A stretch of DNA of 61,737 bases from Candidatus Cloacimonadales bacterium (GTDB taxonomy: Bacteria > Cloacimonadota > Cloacimonadia > Cloacimonadales > TCS61), in contig JAUSOT010000147.1 of the NCBI GenBank assembly GCA_030656075.1, positions 1 to 61,737 of the forward strand. Direction: 5' to 3'. The translations under genes were made by a program, and so were the position numbers. The notes under the pieces were generated by a model. The model made no database searches. It had not been told where the DNA came from and saw only the letters and a program-made list of their open reading frames with translations. Each line of letters opens with the position of its first letter. Position 1 is the stretch's first letter. Positions 1-9,563 of this stretch are shown here, piece after piece.

Positions 1-1134
1 ATCGGTTCTATGCAGAGTTCGGGATTTTCCAAGGAAGGCGAAAGTACCAAGTATTCTGCTCAACAAATTCAGCAGTTGAAATCCGTCCGCTACGAAAAAG
101 CCCTGAATGACGGCATCGCGACCGGTTTATTCCTGATCGGAGCGATCATCCTTTCCCTGCTGTATGGCAATAAAAAAATGGGGAAATATCCCTATCTCAT
201 TCTCATCATGATCTTAGTTGTAGTAGATCTGCTAATTGTCGATAAACGCTTTTTACAGGATGTGGTTCTGCAGAAAGACCTTGAAAAAAAATATTCCAAA
301 ACGGATGCAGATAAATTCTTGGAAAAAGATGAAGAAACGTTCCGTATATATCCATTGTATATTCCAGGTTATAGTAGTGATTTCGGTAAAAATCAATGGG
401 CATATTATAATCAATCGATCGGAGGTTATCACGGCGCTAAACTGAAACGCTACCAGGAAATTCTGGATAATTGCCTGAATTACGAATTCCAAAATCGCGT
501 TCCCATCAATTGGAATATCGTGAATATGCTGAACGTGAAATACGTGATCTTCCCGGAAAATCTGCCCTTCGATAATTTAGAATATACATTTTATGACCGC
601 AAACAAAAACAAACGGTATTCCAAAATAAAACCTATCTCCCACGTGCCTGGTTTGTGAAAGGTATAGAAATGATCGAGCAGAAAGAGAACATCTGGAAAC
701 GCCTGAACCAGCAGGAATTCAACCCGGCTGAAACAGCAATCGTGGAGCAGGAAATCCCACCGGTTTCATCTCCTGCAAACACATCTGCAGTTTTGGAAAA
801 TTATGATCTGCATTATCTAAAGTTCGACGTTCAAACAGATTTGACCGCTTTTCTGACGATCAGCGAAATTTATTATCCTGCCGGTTGGAAAGCTTATGTC
901 GATGGAGCCGAAACGGAGATATATCCGACTAATTATATTTTGCGGGGAGTCATAGTTCCGGCTGGAGAACATGTAGTTGAACTGAAATTTGCACCGGAAG
1001 CTTATGCGCTCAGCCTGAAATTGAGTTTAGCCGGTTTGATCGTCACCGTCATATTGATCGTCATCGGTCTAATCGTTTATTATAAACAGAATTACAGAGG
1101 CGAGATCGTTTACACGATCAAATGTTCGGATTAG
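1..1134 (+). CDS. YfhO-family membrane protein, C-terminal portion (gene runs off the 5' window edge)
   Basis: The frame of ORF 10..1134 stays open back to base 1. Hydrophobic helices are present (LFLIGAIILSLL, ILIMILVVVDLLIV, GLIVTVILIVIGLIVYY). The C-terminal block YYPAGWKAYVDG...ILRGVIVPAGEHVVELKFAP is recognised from YfhO-type proteins. Confidence 0.6.
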   Translation: MGSMQSSGFSKEGESTKYSAQQIQQLKSVRYEKALNDGIATGLFLIGAIILSLLYGNKKMGKYPYLILIMILVVVDLLIVDKRFLQDVVLQKDLEKKYSKTDADKFLEKDEETFRIYPLYIPGYSSDFGKNQWAYYNQSIGGYHGAKLKRYQEILDNCLNYEFQNRVPINWNIVNMLNVKYVIFPENLPFDNLEYTFYDRKQKQTVFQNKTYLPRAWFVKGIEMIEQKENIWKRLNQQEFNPAETAIVEQEIPPVSSPANTSAVLENYDLHYLKFDVQTDLTAFLTISEIYYPAGWKAYVDGAETEIYPTNYILRGVIVPAGEHVVELKFAPEAYALSLKLSLAGLIVTVILIVIGLIVYYKQNYRGEIVYTIKCSD

Positions 1135-1135
1135 A

Positions 1136-1834
1136 ATGCTTACCAAAAGTAAATTGTACGTAGTTGCCACTCCGATCGGGAACAAAGACGACATCACGCT
1201 GCGAGCGCTCAAAGTTCTGCAGGAAGTGGATTTCGTGATTTGCGAAGAATACAAACCCGGCAGCAGGATTTTACATGCTTACGACATTAAAAAACCGCTG
1301 AAGCTTTTGAACGAACACAACGAAAAAGAGCAGAGTAAAATTCTCTTGGATCGTATGCTGATGAACGGTGAATCCGCCGCTCTGATCAGCGATGCCGGCA
1401 CGCCGCTGTTTGCCGATCCTGGCAATACGCTGGTCTGGCAATGCCAGCAAAACGGCATTCCGGTGGTTCCCATTCCAGGGGCTTCTTCCCTTATGGCAGC
1501 TTTGATGGGATGCGGTTTGGCTGCCGATAATTTTCTCTATTACGGATTTTTACCAGCCAATACAGAAAAACGCCTGGAAGCTTTAAAGAAAGTCCCGACT
1601 CATTTGAATGTGATCTTCCTGGAAGCGCCGTATAGACTGAAGCAAATGCTCCGTGATTTCAGAAAGGTTTTGGGGGATAATCGCCAGGCGATAATTACCT
1701 ACAAACTTACTCAACCGGAAGAAAAATTCTTCTGGGGAAATTTGAAAGAATTGGAAATTCAGACAACCGATCTGCCGAAAGGTGAATTTGTGTTTGTCTT
1801 GAAGAAGCTGGAATCAAGCCAAAAGAGAAGGTGA
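1136..1834 (+). CDS. rsmI: 16S rRNA (cytidine1402-2'-O)-methyltransferase RsmI
   Basis: N-terminus LYVVATPIGNKDDITLRALKVLQEVDFVICE, then LNEHNE, SDAGTPLFADPG and VPIPGASS. These are the tetrapyrrole-methylase-fold RsmI signature blocks. Confidence 0.85.
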   Translation: MLTKSKLYVVATPIGNKDDITLRALKVLQEVDFVICEEYKPGSRILHAYDIKKPLKLLNEHNEKEQSKILLDRMLMNGESAALISDAGTPLFADPGNTLVWQCQQNGIPVVPIPGASSLMAALMGCGLAADNFLYYGFLPANTEKRLEALKKVPTHLNVIFLEAPYRLKQMLRDFRKVLGDNRQAIITYKLTQPEEKFFWGNLKELEIQTTDLPKGEFVFVLKKLESSQKRR

Positions 1835-1912
1835 TCATTCCCCTCTTGAGAGGGGTGCGACTTTAGTCGTGGGGTGTGTTAATTTACTTAAGTGGAAAAA
1901 AAAGGAAATCTT

Positions 1913-2809
1913 ATGAACACTAAATGGTTTTTTATCGCAAATGCAAATGCCGGAAGAGGAAAAGCCGGTAGAATGATCAACAGCTTGATCCATTCCTTGA
2001 ACAATCACAAATTTGATTATGAATTAGAACTGACTCGAGCTCCCCTGCATGCTGCTGAGTTAGCCAAAAACGCAATCGAAAAAGGTTTCAGGAAAATCGT
2101 TGTCGTTGGTGGTGACGGCACTTTAAACGAAACTGTGAACGGCATTATGCAGTCTGGAAGACAATCCGAAGTAAAACTGGGATTGATCCCCGAAGGCGGC
2201 GGTAATGATTTTGCCATGAACTTCAAACTTTCCAACCATGTTGACAGAGCAATTGACATTTTGAAAAAACAAAAAACCATGCAGATCGATGTTGGTAAAA
2301 TTGAAAATTTCTATTTCATCAATGCTCTCGGGTTGGGATTCGATGCGCAAGTGGCGCGTATTTCCAACGGCATCAAATATCTGAATGGTCTTCCCCGCTA
2401 TTTAGTCGCAGTCATCATGGCATTGGTTAAACTCAAAAAATTCCAGGCAGAATTCATTTTGGACAATTGCACTTTGAACCAATCCTTCCTGTTGTGTTCC
2501 ATCGGCAACGGACTTTCCACCGGCGGTGGTTTCCTGCTCACTCCGGAAGCTCGGGTGAATGACGGACTTTTGGACATCTGCCTCATCGAAAATGTGACCA
2601 GAAGACGAATCCTCGGTTTACTGCCGCAGGCCATCAAAGGACAGCACCTGAAGCAGCCGGAAGTGGTGATACATCAAAGTAAAACCATCCGCGTGAAAAC
2701 CGAACAGATCCTGCCGATTTATTTCGACGGCGAACTTCCCGTCCTGGAAAATCCGCATGATTTCAGCATCGAACTGCTTCCAAAACAGATCGAGTTTATT
2801 ATCGGTTAA
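1913..2809 (+). CDS. Diacylglycerol/lipid kinase family protein (YegS/BmrU-like)
   Basis: Motifs NANAGRGKAG and VVVGGDGTLNE, plus GLIPEGGGNDFA. Start moved to ATG 1913, which follows aaggaaa, instead of GTG 1892. Confidence 0.8.
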   Translation: MNTKWFFIANANAGRGKAGRMINSLIHSLNNHKFDYELELTRAPLHAAELAKNAIEKGFRKIVVVGGDGTLNETVNGIMQSGRQSEVKLGLIPEGGGNDFAMNFKLSNHVDRAIDILKKQKTMQIDVGKIENFYFINALGLGFDAQVARISNGIKYLNGLPRYLVAVIMALVKLKKFQAEFILDNCTLNQSFLLCSIGNGLSTGGGFLLTPEARVNDGLLDICLIENVTRRRILGLLPQAIKGQHLKQPEVVIHQSKTIRVKTEQILPIYFDGELPVLENPHDFSIELLPKQIEFIIG

Positions 2810-2847
2810 AACGCTATCCCAAAATTAGTCTTTTTGATAAACCGTTA

Positions 2848-2886
2848 GCGGCAGATTTATCATTTCAATAATCTGCTGCATTTTAA
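2848..2886 (+). terminator. Putative rho-independent terminator after the lipid kinase gene
   Basis: Stem gcggcagat / atctgctgc (about 9-10 bp with one GU pair), 12-14 nt loop, followed by attttaat. Confidence 0.4.
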
Positions 2887-2999
2887 TCCGATAAATCTAA
2901 ACCTTCCTAACCACATACATTTCAACACATTAAAGCCGACCAGCTCATTTGGCATCGTAATTGCAATAGGCCTTCGCATAAGAAGAGTTTGGAGGAAAA

Positions 3000-3242
3000 A
3001 TGAAAAAGGTAGTAATTTTTTTAGCAATATTATCGATTGCCGTTTTATTATATGGAATTTCCCAGACAGACACATTCCGCAAAACAATTGAGGTTGGCAA
3101 AAATACAGAACTTGATCTCGAAAATATAAATGGCTCGGTAAAAATTATTGGCTGGGATAAAGATTTTGTCGATTTAACTGCAACCAAAACAACCAGCAAG
3201 GGCAGTATTCATATCTGCATTGACGAGAAGGTTGAATTTTAA
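3000..3242 (+). CDS. Small signal-peptide protein, possibly an N-terminal fragment of a DUF4097-like adhesin-type protein
   Basis: RBS ggaggaaaaatg. Hydrophobic leader MKKVVIFLAILSIAVLLYG. The NGSVKIIGWDKDFVDLTATK block resembles the first repeat of DUF4097 proteins, but the ORF stops after 80 aa. Confidence 0.3.
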   Translation: MKKVVIFLAILSIAVLLYGISQTDTFRKTIEVGKNTELDLENINGSVKIIGWDKDFVDLTATKTTSKGSIHICIDEKVEF

Positions 3243-3298
3243 CGCATCTCTCCGATGAGTAATATAGAACATTAAATTCCCCCCTATGATTTAATGTT

Positions 3299-3325
3299 GG
3301 CCCCGAGCAATCGGGGCTTTTTTGT
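3299..3325 (+). terminator. Rho-independent terminator
   Basis: ggccccga-gcaa-tcggggc stem-loop followed directly by tttttt. Confidence 0.65.
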
Positions 3326-3979
3326 TACCTTACGAAGATTTTTGAACTTCTTGCTCTTCTTGCTCTCCGCAAGGTTTAACTTTTTGCCACCGAAAGAACA
3401 CCGAAAACACCGAGATTTTATTAATTTGATTGTTCTTAGAAAAATGTCTTTCTGAGGACTCTTTTAGCCTGGTCCGCGAAGAATCTAATGAAAATTCTCT
3501 CAGCTTTACTTCTTTTCCCGCCGCGGATTTCCACGGATGAACGCTGATTTTTTTTTCACATCGAACCTGGCTTCTTGAAACTACGCCACGCAGGCAAAAA
3601 CGAACAAAAGAATGGCCAGAATGATGGTTTTGCATTTTCAATAATGAGATTCTTCGTCGAATGCCTATGGAGAATTCCTCAGAAAGACACTCTCAATAAT
3701 TCATTGTCCATCCGCGTTAATTAGCAGCTAAATATCTTTCCTAAAATTGCCTCAATGCACAGGATTGAGGTAAGAATGAGTTTTTCATTGGACTTGCTCT
3801 GTCTGAACCACTCAGGAGTGGTCAGATGATGCGAGAATAATGAATCTATATTCCCGCAATTCTCGACTCGTACTCCGTTACCGAGTCAAGCCTTGCTGTA
3901 TTTAACTCCACAGTTAAAAACATTTGACAGATAAAATCCACTTTTAATACTGAATTCCAAATGAAATTAGAGGATAGAT

Positions 3980-5296
3980 ATGAGTGATCAGATATCGCTG
4001 TTTGAAGAGACGAAGAAACCGACCAATGTGCCTTTGGCAGAAAAGATCAGACCGCAGGAACTGAACCAGGTTTTCGGTCAGCAAAAGCTGCTGGAAGATG
4101 GTTCGCAACTGCGCAACATGATCGAGACCGACAATTACAATTCCTTCATTTTGTGGGGACCTCCCGGCACGGGAAAAACTACTATTGCTCGTTTAATTCA
4201 AGGAAAAACATCACACCGATTCATCTCCTTCAGTGCGGTGCTGGCCAGCATCAAAGATGTGAAAGCCGTGATGAAAGAAGCTGAATACAACCTGAAAGCA
4301 CACAATAAAGGAACCATCCTTTTCATCGATGAAATTCACCGTTTCAATAAATCCCAGCAGGACGCTTTTTTGCATTACGTCGAATCCGGCGCTATAATTC
4401 TGATCGGAGCAACCACAGAAAATCCATCTTTCGAAGTGATCTCCGCCCTGCTTTCCCGCTGTAATGTCTTTGTGTTGCAGCAGCTTTCCGACGAAGATAT
4501 CATTAAGATCATCCAGCGTGCCATCGAGGCAATTTCTGTTAAAATTGATTTTGATGAAAAGAGCCTTCCCTACCTGGCGGAACTTTGCGGTGGTGATGCT
4601 CGAAAAGCGTTGAATTATTTAGAAATAATTTTGCAGAATGTGAAAGATGAAAAGTTGATCGATGTGCCTTTCATTTCCCACATTCTCAGCCGTAAAGCGA
4701 TGTTCTACGACAAAGACCGCGAGGAGCATTACAATGTGATCTCGGCTCTGCATAAATCTCTGCGCGGCAGCGATCCGCAGGCTGGACTTTACTGGCTGGC
4801 ACGCATGTTGGAAGCAGGAGAAGATCCGCTGTATGTGGCACGGCGTTTGGTGCGGTTTGCTTCCGAGGATGTAGGTCTGGCCGATCCGAATGCGCTGGTT
4901 CAAGCCATTGCCGTCAAAGATACGTGTCATTTTCTGGGAATGCCGGAAGCAAACGTTGCGCTGGCGCAACTGGTGGTTTACTTAGCCACCGCACCAAAGA
5001 GCAACGCACTCTACGAAGCATATAAAAAAGCCGCCGCCGATGCGCAGCAAACCAGTCACCTCGGTGTGCCGCTGCACATTCGGAACGCTCCTACGAAATT
5101 GATGAAAGAACTGGATTACGGCAAAGATTACACTTACGATCACATGCACGAAAATGCCTACAGTTATCAGAAATATTTTCCCGATGGAATGAACGAGAAA
5201 TCCTATTACAAACCTTCCCAATTCGGTTATGAAAAAGAAATCCAAAAACGGCTGGATTGGTGGAAGAAATTAAAAGATGAGCAGGAAAATAAATAA
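3980..5296 (+). CDS. rarA: Replication-associated recombination protein A (AAA+ ATPase RarA/MgsA)
   Basis: Walker A GPPGTGKTT, Walker B ILFIDEIHRFNK, GATTENPSFEV, and the C-terminal MgsA blocks HYNVISALHKSLRGSD and YWLARMLEAGEDP. Confidence 0.92.
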   Translation: MSDQISLFEETKKPTNVPLAEKIRPQELNQVFGQQKLLEDGSQLRNMIETDNYNSFILWGPPGTGKTTIARLIQGKTSHRFISFSAVLASIKDVKAVMKEAEYNLKAHNKGTILFIDEIHRFNKSQQDAFLHYVESGAIILIGATTENPSFEVISALLSRCNVFVLQQLSDEDIIKIIQRAIEAISVKIDFDEKSLPYLAELCGGDARKALNYLEIILQNVKDEKLIDVPFISHILSRKAMFYDKDREEHYNVISALHKSLRGSDPQAGLYWLARMLEAGEDPLYVARRLVRFASEDVGLADPNALVQAIAVKDTCHFLGMPEANVALAQLVVYLATAPKSNALYEAYKKAAADAQQTSHLGVPLHIRNAPTKLMKELDYGKDYTYDHMHENAYSYQKYFPDGMNEKSYYKPSQFGYEKEIQKRLDWWKKLKDEQENK

Positions 5297-5389
5297 AAAC
5301 TTGACTCAACAATTTTTTTGCAGAATTTGGCTTAATTAGTAAGAGATAATAAATTAGAAATAAATAGTTGCAACATACACGGAGGGGAT

Positions 5390-7207
5390 ATGTTTAATGC
5401 ATTCAAACGAACATTTTTTTTAGTTTTTGTTTTAATGTTAATCTCAGTAAATCTGGCAGCATCTCAATTCCTGCTGCAAAAGGGAAACCTATTTCGGGAA
5501 GACCGCTACGTAAGCATCGATCTTGAAACGATCAATCAAATTCAGGTTGTCTTCAGAATTTCGCCTGATGGCTGGTCATTTCCCAAAGACATTAAAGGGA
5601 TTGTGAAGGAAAACCTTTTTATAAAGCAAAATAATAAGAAGATCGCTGCCCTGGAAACTCAAGTTCTGGAAAATTATCTGCTCGCCAGTTTTTCGAGAAA
5701 TGATGTGAACATTTACCAGGAATTCTATTTTGAAAACCAGGAATTTTCAGAAAAATTTACCATTCGGGAAGAGTCCTGGCCTCGCTACGAAGAGTTTTTT
5801 CAATTTTATAACACTGCCCTGGAACAAATTACAGCCCTGGATTATATCGCTGCCTTTTCTACTTTAACACCTTTTTTACAGAATGCACCGGAAATCGAAG
5901 AATTCAGTATCACTGAAAAAGCACAGCAGAAAGCAGAAGACTGCCTAAAAAATTATTTCACTCAAAAGGAAATGTTCCTCAATACTCACAAATTGAAGCA
6001 TAAAACACAGATTAATGAACAGACTCTGGCAGAAATCGATTCTCTCATTCAAGCGATGAATTCCACCAATGAACTTTTCCAGCAGTATTATGTTTTTTCC
6101 CCGCAATCCGGCCTGCCGGAAAATTCCAGTAAATTGATTACGGATTATCAGGAATATCTGCAAAATCTGAAAACAAGATATTATAATGAAGTTCAGGATA
6201 TGCTCGCCAATTCTGATTACGGGAATAATAAATTTAAACTGATTCTCGATACACTGGTTCGATCTCTTTGCTATAAAGATTCTTTCTGCCTGATTTCAGA
6301 TTATAAAATTGCAACTCTAAATTATGTGCATTCCAATAAAGAACTTTCGGCAAAACTGAATAATCTGGAATGGATGAGCGACTTTGAACGGCTTGTGCTG
6401 GCTGTAAATTTGAACGTAAAAAATGATGGTATGTTCCTGCAGGCTGCCTGCATGGAAAGCTTGAAAGCTAAAGATAATACAGCTCCCCAGTCCTATTATG
6501 CCATTTTGCAATGCCTGAATTGTGCTTTGAATGCCAATTGGACTGATTTCACGATCAATATGAATACAGCTATCGACAGATGTTCGGATCGGGAACTTCT
6601 TTATTTTCTGGAAAGAATGAAAATAGCCTACATGGCTAAAATCATTGATAATATTCAGCCAAACGTGATAATTGAGATCAATCTTGGTTGGAAATATCTG
6701 GAAAAGAATGATTTTGAAAATGCCAAAAATTCCCTCCTGAAAGCAAAAAACTGGGACAGCAGTTTCGCTCTGACTGATTTCCTGCTGGGGAAAGTTTGTA
6801 TCAGCACCGGCGAATTCAGCAAAGCTGAAATTTATCTTGATAGCGCTATCCAGAAACAACCTCCATATTTAGAGCCATTATATACAAAATTAGATCTTTT
6901 GATCAAAAATGGCAAATACAAAGAAGCTGTCGATCTGATCAATGCCGGAATAACTTCCAATTCCTGGTTCAAGTTTTTCATGATCGGTAGATTGTACACC
7001 CTGCAAATGGACTACGCCAAAGCGAAGAAATATCTCGAAATGGCTCTTGATATCAATGCTTACAACTTTGACCTGCTGATTTTTCTGGGAGACACCTATA
7101 AAGAACTCAATGATAAAACCGGAGCTGAAAATTATTATAAACAAGCCGGTTCTTTAGATCCGGAAAACGATGTATTCTCTTCCAGGCTGCAAATGCTGAA
7201 TAATTAA
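5390..7207 (+). CDS. Secreted or membrane-anchored TPR-repeat protein
   Basis: N-terminal hydrophobic leader FFLVFVLMLISVNLAA. The C-terminal third has TPR-like repeats (NAKNSLLKAKNWD, GEFSKAEIYLDSAIQKQP, YAKAKKYLEMALDIN, GAENYYKQAGSLDP). Confidence 0.6.
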   Translation: MFNAFKRTFFLVFVLMLISVNLAASQFLLQKGNLFREDRYVSIDLETINQIQVVFRISPDGWSFPKDIKGIVKENLFIKQNNKKIAALETQVLENYLLASFSRNDVNIYQEFYFENQEFSEKFTIREESWPRYEEFFQFYNTALEQITALDYIAAFSTLTPFLQNAPEIEEFSITEKAQQKAEDCLKNYFTQKEMFLNTHKLKHKTQINEQTLAEIDSLIQAMNSTNELFQQYYVFSPQSGLPENSSKLITDYQEYLQNLKTRYYNEVQDMLANSDYGNNKFKLILDTLVRSLCYKDSFCLISDYKIATLNYVHSNKELSAKLNNLEWMSDFERLVLAVNLNVKNDGMFLQAACMESLKAKDNTAPQSYYAILQCLNCALNANWTDFTINMNTAIDRCSDRELLYFLERMKIAYMAKIIDNIQPNVIIEINLGWKYLEKNDFENAKNSLLKAKNWDSSFALTDFLLGKVCISTGEFSKAEIYLDSAIQKQPPYLEPLYTKLDLLIKNGKYKEAVDLINAGITSNSWFKFFMIGRLYTLQMDYAKAKKYLEMALDINAYNFDLLIFLGDTYKELNDKTGAENYYKQAGSLDPENDVFSSRLQMLNN

Positions 7208-7224
7208 TTATCTGATTTTGTATC

Positions 7225-8109
7225 TTGAGTCAGTTTTTAATTAAGTCGATAATTGCCGGAAAACTGCTTGGTAACGTAAAACAACCGGATGATTGGTTCG
7301 GTTTGAAATACAACCTGAACCTCTATCGCGGCTGCCAGCATCAATGCATCTATTGCGATACCCGCAGCGAATGCTACCAGATCGAAGATTTTGATCATGA
7401 AATTCTTTATAAAGAAAACGCCATCGAACTGCTGAGAAAAGAACTCTCCACCAAACGCGTGAAAGGTACTATCGGACTTGGCTCCATGAATGATCCATAT
7501 CAGCCGGTTGAAACTGAACTGCAACTTACTCATCGTGCTTTGGAAGTGATCGCTGAATTCGGTTTTCCGCTGCACATCATCACCAAAAGCAGTCATATTT
7601 TGAACGATTTAGAAATTTTGAAAAAGATAAATCTGGTTTATACTACCGTCAGTTTTACTATCACCACATCGGATGATGCTCTGGCAAAGATTTTAGAACC
7701 GGGTGCCTCACTTCCATCCGAAAGATACAAAGCGATGAAAATTCTTTCCGATAATGGCATTCAGGTTGGCATTTCCATGATGCCGATCCTGCCATTCATT
7801 GAAGATAATGTGGAAAACATTACAGCAATTCTGGAGAAAGCTCATCAGGCAGGCGTGAAATATATCATTCCGGCTTTTGGCATGACGATGCGGGATCGTC
7901 AACGCGAATATTTTTATCGAAAACTGGATGAACATTTTCCAGATTTGAAGCAAAAATATATTCGGAAATTTGGTGAAAATTATAGTTGTTCTGCTAATAA
8001 TCACGAGAAACTGAAAAACACATTTGATGCTTTATGCCGGCAATTCGGTATCTCTCCTAAGATCATTCCGTATCGAAGTGATGTGGGTGAACAGTTGAGT
8101 TTGTTTTAA
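7225..8109 (+). CDS. Radical SAM protein (SplB/DNA-photolyase-like family)
   Basis: CX3CX2C cluster motif in YRGCQHQCIYCDTR. Overall size and layout match Rv2578c/SplB-type radical SAM proteins. TTG start taken from the ORF track, so the start is uncertain. Confidence 0.7.
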   Translation: MSQFLIKSIIAGKLLGNVKQPDDWFGLKYNLNLYRGCQHQCIYCDTRSECYQIEDFDHEILYKENAIELLRKELSTKRVKGTIGLGSMNDPYQPVETELQLTHRALEVIAEFGFPLHIITKSSHILNDLEILKKINLVYTTVSFTITTSDDALAKILEPGASLPSERYKAMKILSDNGIQVGISMMPILPFIEDNVENITAILEKAHQAGVKYIIPAFGMTMRDRQREYFYRKLDEHFPDLKQKYIRKFGENYSCSANNHEKLKNTFDALCRQFGISPKIIPYRSDVGEQLSLF

Positions 8110-8115
8110 TTTTGA

Positions 8116-8211
8116 CTTTGCGAGTTTTCTTCCTGTGGCATCAGACGAAGCAATCTCAACTTGAAATTTATTAAAACCGTTCCGAAGGTTCTCCGACCGT
8201 TCGGAAGGTTT
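8116..8211. repeat. 96-bp composite palindromic repeat element, copy 1 (left flank of the GNAT gene)
   Basis: ctttgcgag...gaagcaatctcaac...aaaccgttccgaaggttctccgaccgttcggaaggttt. The 3' 62 nt match copy 2 (9143..9238) with one mismatch. Confidence 0.85.
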
Positions 8212-8284
8212 TAATCTCGTTCCCAAAGCCCCCTTGGGGAATGCGTCGTGAAGCGGAACTCCTGTTTCGCAAAGGAGAAGAATA

Positions 8285-9136
8285 TTGAGTGATACCGATT
8301 TACAAATCCGCACCATGAAACGCATCAACCTGAATTTCCTGATCGATCAGGCTGCCAATGAAGGCTGGAATCCCGGCCTACATGATGCTGACACATTTTA
8401 CCAAACCGATCCCGAGGGTTTTTTCGTCGCAGAATTAGAGGGGAAACCTGTTGGTTGTATTTCACTGGTGAAATATGATATTTCATTTGCTTTCCTGGGA
8501 TTCTTTATCGTCCTTGCCAAATATCGAGAAAAAGGCCTTGGAATGCAGCTTTGGAATCATGCTATAAAAAATGCAGGTAACTGCAATATCGGTTTGGATG
8601 GTGTGGTTGCCCAACAGGAAAACTACCAGAAAAGCGGATTCAAGTTTGCTTACAACAACAGACGTTATGAATTTGAAAAACAAACTGATTACAAAATTTC
8701 TAACCATGTTTTTTCACTCGAAGAAATCGACTTTGAGGAAATCCTGAATTACGATCTGAAATGCTTTCCCACCAGAAGAAGAACTTTTCTGAAATCCTGG
8801 TTGAGGCAAACCGGTTCACTTGCATTCGGAATTAAAGAAAATGCCAAATTAGCTGGCTTCGTTGTCATTCGTCTTTGTCGGGTTGGCTATAAAATCGGGC
8901 CGCTTTTTGCCGATTCAATTGAACAAGCTGAGAAGCTTTTCCAATCTGCAATTTCTCAAATTCCAAAGAGAGAAAAAATTTACCTCGATATTCCCGAAAT
9001 TAATCCTGAAGCAGTGAAATTAGTGCAGAAATACAAGATGCGGAAAGTCTTCGAAACCGCTCGCATGTACACCGGTGATTTCCCAAAAATCGAGATCAAT
9101 AAAATCTTCGGGGTCACCACTTTTGAATTGGGCTAA
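8285..9136 (+). CDS. GNAT family N-acetyltransferase (YitH-like two-domain type)
   Basis: N-terminal GNAT core (ELEGKPVGCISLVKYD, YREKGLGMQLWNHAI) followed by a second YitH-type C-terminal domain. TTG start. Confidence 0.7.
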   Translation: MSDTDLQIRTMKRINLNFLIDQAANEGWNPGLHDADTFYQTDPEGFFVAELEGKPVGCISLVKYDISFAFLGFFIVLAKYREKGLGMQLWNHAIKNAGNCNIGLDGVVAQQENYQKSGFKFAYNNRRYEFEKQTDYKISNHVFSLEEIDFEEILNYDLKCFPTRRRTFLKSWLRQTGSLAFGIKENAKLAGFVVIRLCRVGYKIGPLFADSIEQAEKLFQSAISQIPKREKIYLDIPEINPEAVKLVQKYKMRKVFETARMYTGDFPKIEINKIFGVTTFELG

Positions 9137-9142
9137 AACAGT

Positions 9143-9238
9143 CTTTGCGAGTGATCTGTTTACTATTTCTGACAAAGCAATCTCAACTTTAAATTTATTA
9201 AAACCGTTCCGAAGGTTCTCCGACCGTTCGGAAGGTTT
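9143..9238. repeat. 96-bp composite palindromic repeat element, copy 2 (right flank of the GNAT gene)
   Basis: Same length and orientation as 8116..8211. It shares the ctttgcgag head, aagcaatctcaac and the aaaccgttccgaagg...ccgttcggaaggttt hairpin. Confidence 0.85.
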
Positions 9239-9563
9239 CATGTTTGAACCAAAATTCTTCAGAAAGACGTTTTGAAACACTGTCTTAGCGAGTTGCCTTT
9301 CTGCGGTATCAAACGACTTGTCGCGCCGAAGTATTTAAAGACGGGAGCAATTTCTATCGGATGTTCTTTCATGTATTCTCCGACACCCTTCTCATAGATA
9401 GGAGAAGGGCTGGGGATGAGGTTGAGAAACGAGATTCTTCGAAAGAAAGATAGAGAGAATTTCTCAGAAAGACGTTTTGATTTAATCATTATTCCAAAAG
9501 TTCTTGTCATAGCTTGTTAAATTTTTCAGTTTGTTTCGGATAAAAAAATATTGGAGTTAGATT

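Noticed and set aside
3330-3641. 103-aa minus-strand ORF in the long gap before rarA.
   Set aside because: The sequence is a mosaic of the short repeat motifs seen in other intergenic regions (cttcttgctcttcttgc, caccgaaaacaccgag, cctcagaaagac). It has no RBS or family resemblance, so it is most likely spurious.
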